DNA of 64,000 nucleotides from Felis catus (Eukaryota), in contig NC_058378.1 in the NCBI RefSeq assembly GCF_018350175.1, forward strand, positions 1,364,001 through 1,428,000. Direction: 5' to 3'. The notes under the pieces are model-generated. The model did no database searches and was not told the origin of the DNA. It saw nothing but the letters and a program-made list of their open reading frames with translations. Positions 62,663 through 64,000 of this stretch are shown here, in pieces. Made by a program: the position numbers and the translations under genes. How positions within the stretch are numbered: the first letter of the stretch is position 1; each line of letters begins with the position of its first letter.

Positions 62663-63607
62663 CGCACCATGGAAAGAATTCACTGTTTTCTCAATGAACT
62701 GACGTATCACTCATTAAGTTCTGGTCACTAGGCAGGCTAATATGGTTTTGAAAAGATGATTCTGTCCTCAGAAAGCTAAGATAAAGTTGCAGCTGACAAG
62801 GGGAGATGTTCACACGGTGACACTTCATACTGTGGGATTGGGGGAGACTTGGGGAGTGGAGGGACAACAAAACTCAAGGCCCATGAGGTGCAGGAGGGTC
62901 ATGTGATGGGGAGCAGACCAGGAGCCAGGCACAGCTCATGCTCTGCAGCTGGGAGGCGTATTTCTCCTTCGTCTTTGGTTCCCAGGGATGATGGCCACGG
63001 ATGGAAGGGAATTTTCTCTTTCCACTGTAAACACCGCTGGTTTCCAAGTGCTTAATGAAGAAGTTGCATTGGTGTATATATGTGGACATTTTCTCGGATG
63101 TGAGAGACACCAGGGACTGCGCGGTCTTAGCCTGCACATTCCCCCCTTGGTCTCCGCTCGCAACATAACACATTTCACACGGGGAGCAAATTATCCCCCG
63201 AAAGACTGAAAACACTCACTGAGTGAAGACTTGTTCCACATATGGGAAAAGAAAACTTTTGAGATCTTACACTTTTTGAGATTTTTTTTTTTTAATTAAC
63301 TTTTCCCAGTAATTACTCATCAAGAGATGTTTCAACACATGAAACGTTGAGAGTCCTGTGTTGTTTGTGTACAGATATGCTTCCGTTGCCGGCCTGTTCG
63401 GAAAACATTTAGGAAGTTCCTTCAGTTGCTTTGGAGAACATCCCAGCCTCCTCTTGGCAACTTCAGAGTATGTTTTCTGTACAGGATTAACACGATTTAA
63501 TTTTGAATCACTTTGTTGGTAACACCTACTTTCAAGAAGCAGGCCCTTCACTCTATTTTTTTAAGACCCACCAGATGTTGTTGTTTAAGGGGAAAAATTG
63601 CAAGGAA

Positions 63608-63865
63608 TAGTGAGTAATTCCTAGAGATCTCATGCAAAGTACAGTGAATACAGACAGCATTGTATTATAATCATTAAACTTGCTAAGAGACTAGATCTTA
63701 ATTATTCCAACCACTAAAAAGAAACTGTAATTATATAGTGTGATAGAGGTGCTAATTAGCACTATAATGGCAATCGTATTGCACTACAGAAATATGTCAA
63801 CATGTACACCTTAAATTTACACAATGTTTTATATCAAATATATTTCAATTAACAAAAAAATAAAA
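63608..63865 (+). mobile_element. Old L1 (L1MA9/10-like) 3' end
   Basis: CTAGAGATCTCATG...AACTTGCTAAGAGACTAGATCTTAATTATTCC...TGTACACCTTAAATTTACACAATG...ATTTCAAT, A tail. Confidence 0.8.
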
Positions 63866-64000
63866 GGCCACCCAAATTCCTGAGGATTATAGCTCTTGGT
63901 GAAATTTATAATTTTGATCAATGTTAAAGCGAAGCATTATAACTTACATAGACTCATACAATTTTATGGCAAAAATGACTGATTCCTAATGTAACTATTA

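Overview
Mammalian (felid, cat-like) genomic DNA, identified by 16 tRNA-derived CanSINEs, several matching the cat SINEC_Fc type with target-site duplications. No intact known protein-coding gene, rRNA, tRNA gene or CRISPR array is supportable; the window reads as intergenic or large-intron DNA. Clear content: a full-length processed NPM1 pseudogene (~44125-45616, +) with a SINE in its 3'UTR; a decayed ERV-L (class III) provirus remnant (~49990-52685, -) interrupted by an MLT1A LTR; a full-length MER82 transposon; and L1, L2, MIR, HAL1, MER5 and LTR fragments plus microsatellites. The best lead for something undescribed is speculative: a chain of phase-compatible small exon candidates (2280, 5555, 7824) leading to a CpG-retaining terminal-exon-like segment (10915-11170). 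One frame of that segment is rich in SH2-type tyrosine motifs, suggesting an unannotated or decayed signalling-adaptor gene. Repeat names come from recalled consensus similarity, not a database search, and old-repeat boundaries are approximate.
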